Assembly: GCA_043803945.1 (NCBI GenBank)
Contig: JAZDJN010000116.1
Coordinates: forward strand, 1 to 21,730
Direction of reading: 5' to 3'
DNA length: 21,730 nucleotides
From: a bacterium
Lineage (GTDB): Bacteria; Bacteroidota; Ignavibacteria; UBA10030
The notes under the pieces: generated by a model
What the model was told of the DNA's origin: nothing
Databases searched by the model: none
What the model saw: the letters and a program-made list of their open reading frames with translations, nothing else
Position numbers and translations under genes: made by a program
In this document: positions 21,673 through 21,730 of the stretch, piece by piece
How positions within the stretch are numbered: the stretch's first letter is position 1
How the letters are laid out: each line of letters begins with the position of its first letter

Positions 21673-21730
21673 GATGTTTGTGCGCAGGAGATAATATCCT
21701 TCAGTGAGACGGGCCCAGTCGCTGTACGTA

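Larger units (their letters stand above)
21168..21730 (-). mobile_element. IS1634-family insertion sequence, 3' part; transposase pseudogene
   Basis: [60 protein letters not shown] (Y-2-x-3-E-x-x-F-R-x-x-K DDE signature), stop at 21227. Putative end CTGTCGAACTTGGG is followed by CTAG (21164-21167). In-frame stop at 21672-21670 and a frameshift near 21530-21546. Confidence 0.85.

Overview
Bacterial chromosomal window. T9SS/FlgD-type C-terminal sorting motifs and the gene content suggest a Bacteroidota/Ignavibacteria-like organism (inference). (1) The left half is one uninterrupted minus-strand CDS (10284 to <1, at least 3428 aa) that the ORF track missed because its stop lies outside the window. 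It is a secreted mosaic of Asp-box, CBM20-like, FN3, NHL-like, LamG, FG-GAP/ASPIC and beta-helix modules, with two module pairs duplicated in swapped order. (2) Divergent sigma70-type promoters follow, then a deoxyhypusine-synthase-like gene plus ornithine decarboxylase (probable homospermidine pathway). (3) A nested hairpin cluster precedes trmO-rlhA (RNA modification). (4) A convergent minus-strand block reads as a collapsed phosphate/polyphosphate-acquisition operon: CYTH-like, CYTH, DASS transporter, possible PiT remnant, DUF47, OprO/P porin, SdiA-regulated propeller and a double lamin-tail T9SS protein. About five internal deletions splice gene fragments together. (5) An IS1634-family remnant abuts the first RBS of that operon, and its transposase is disrupted by 15-30 nt palindromic micro-insertions. 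All calls come from manual translation and motif recognition; no database searches were run.
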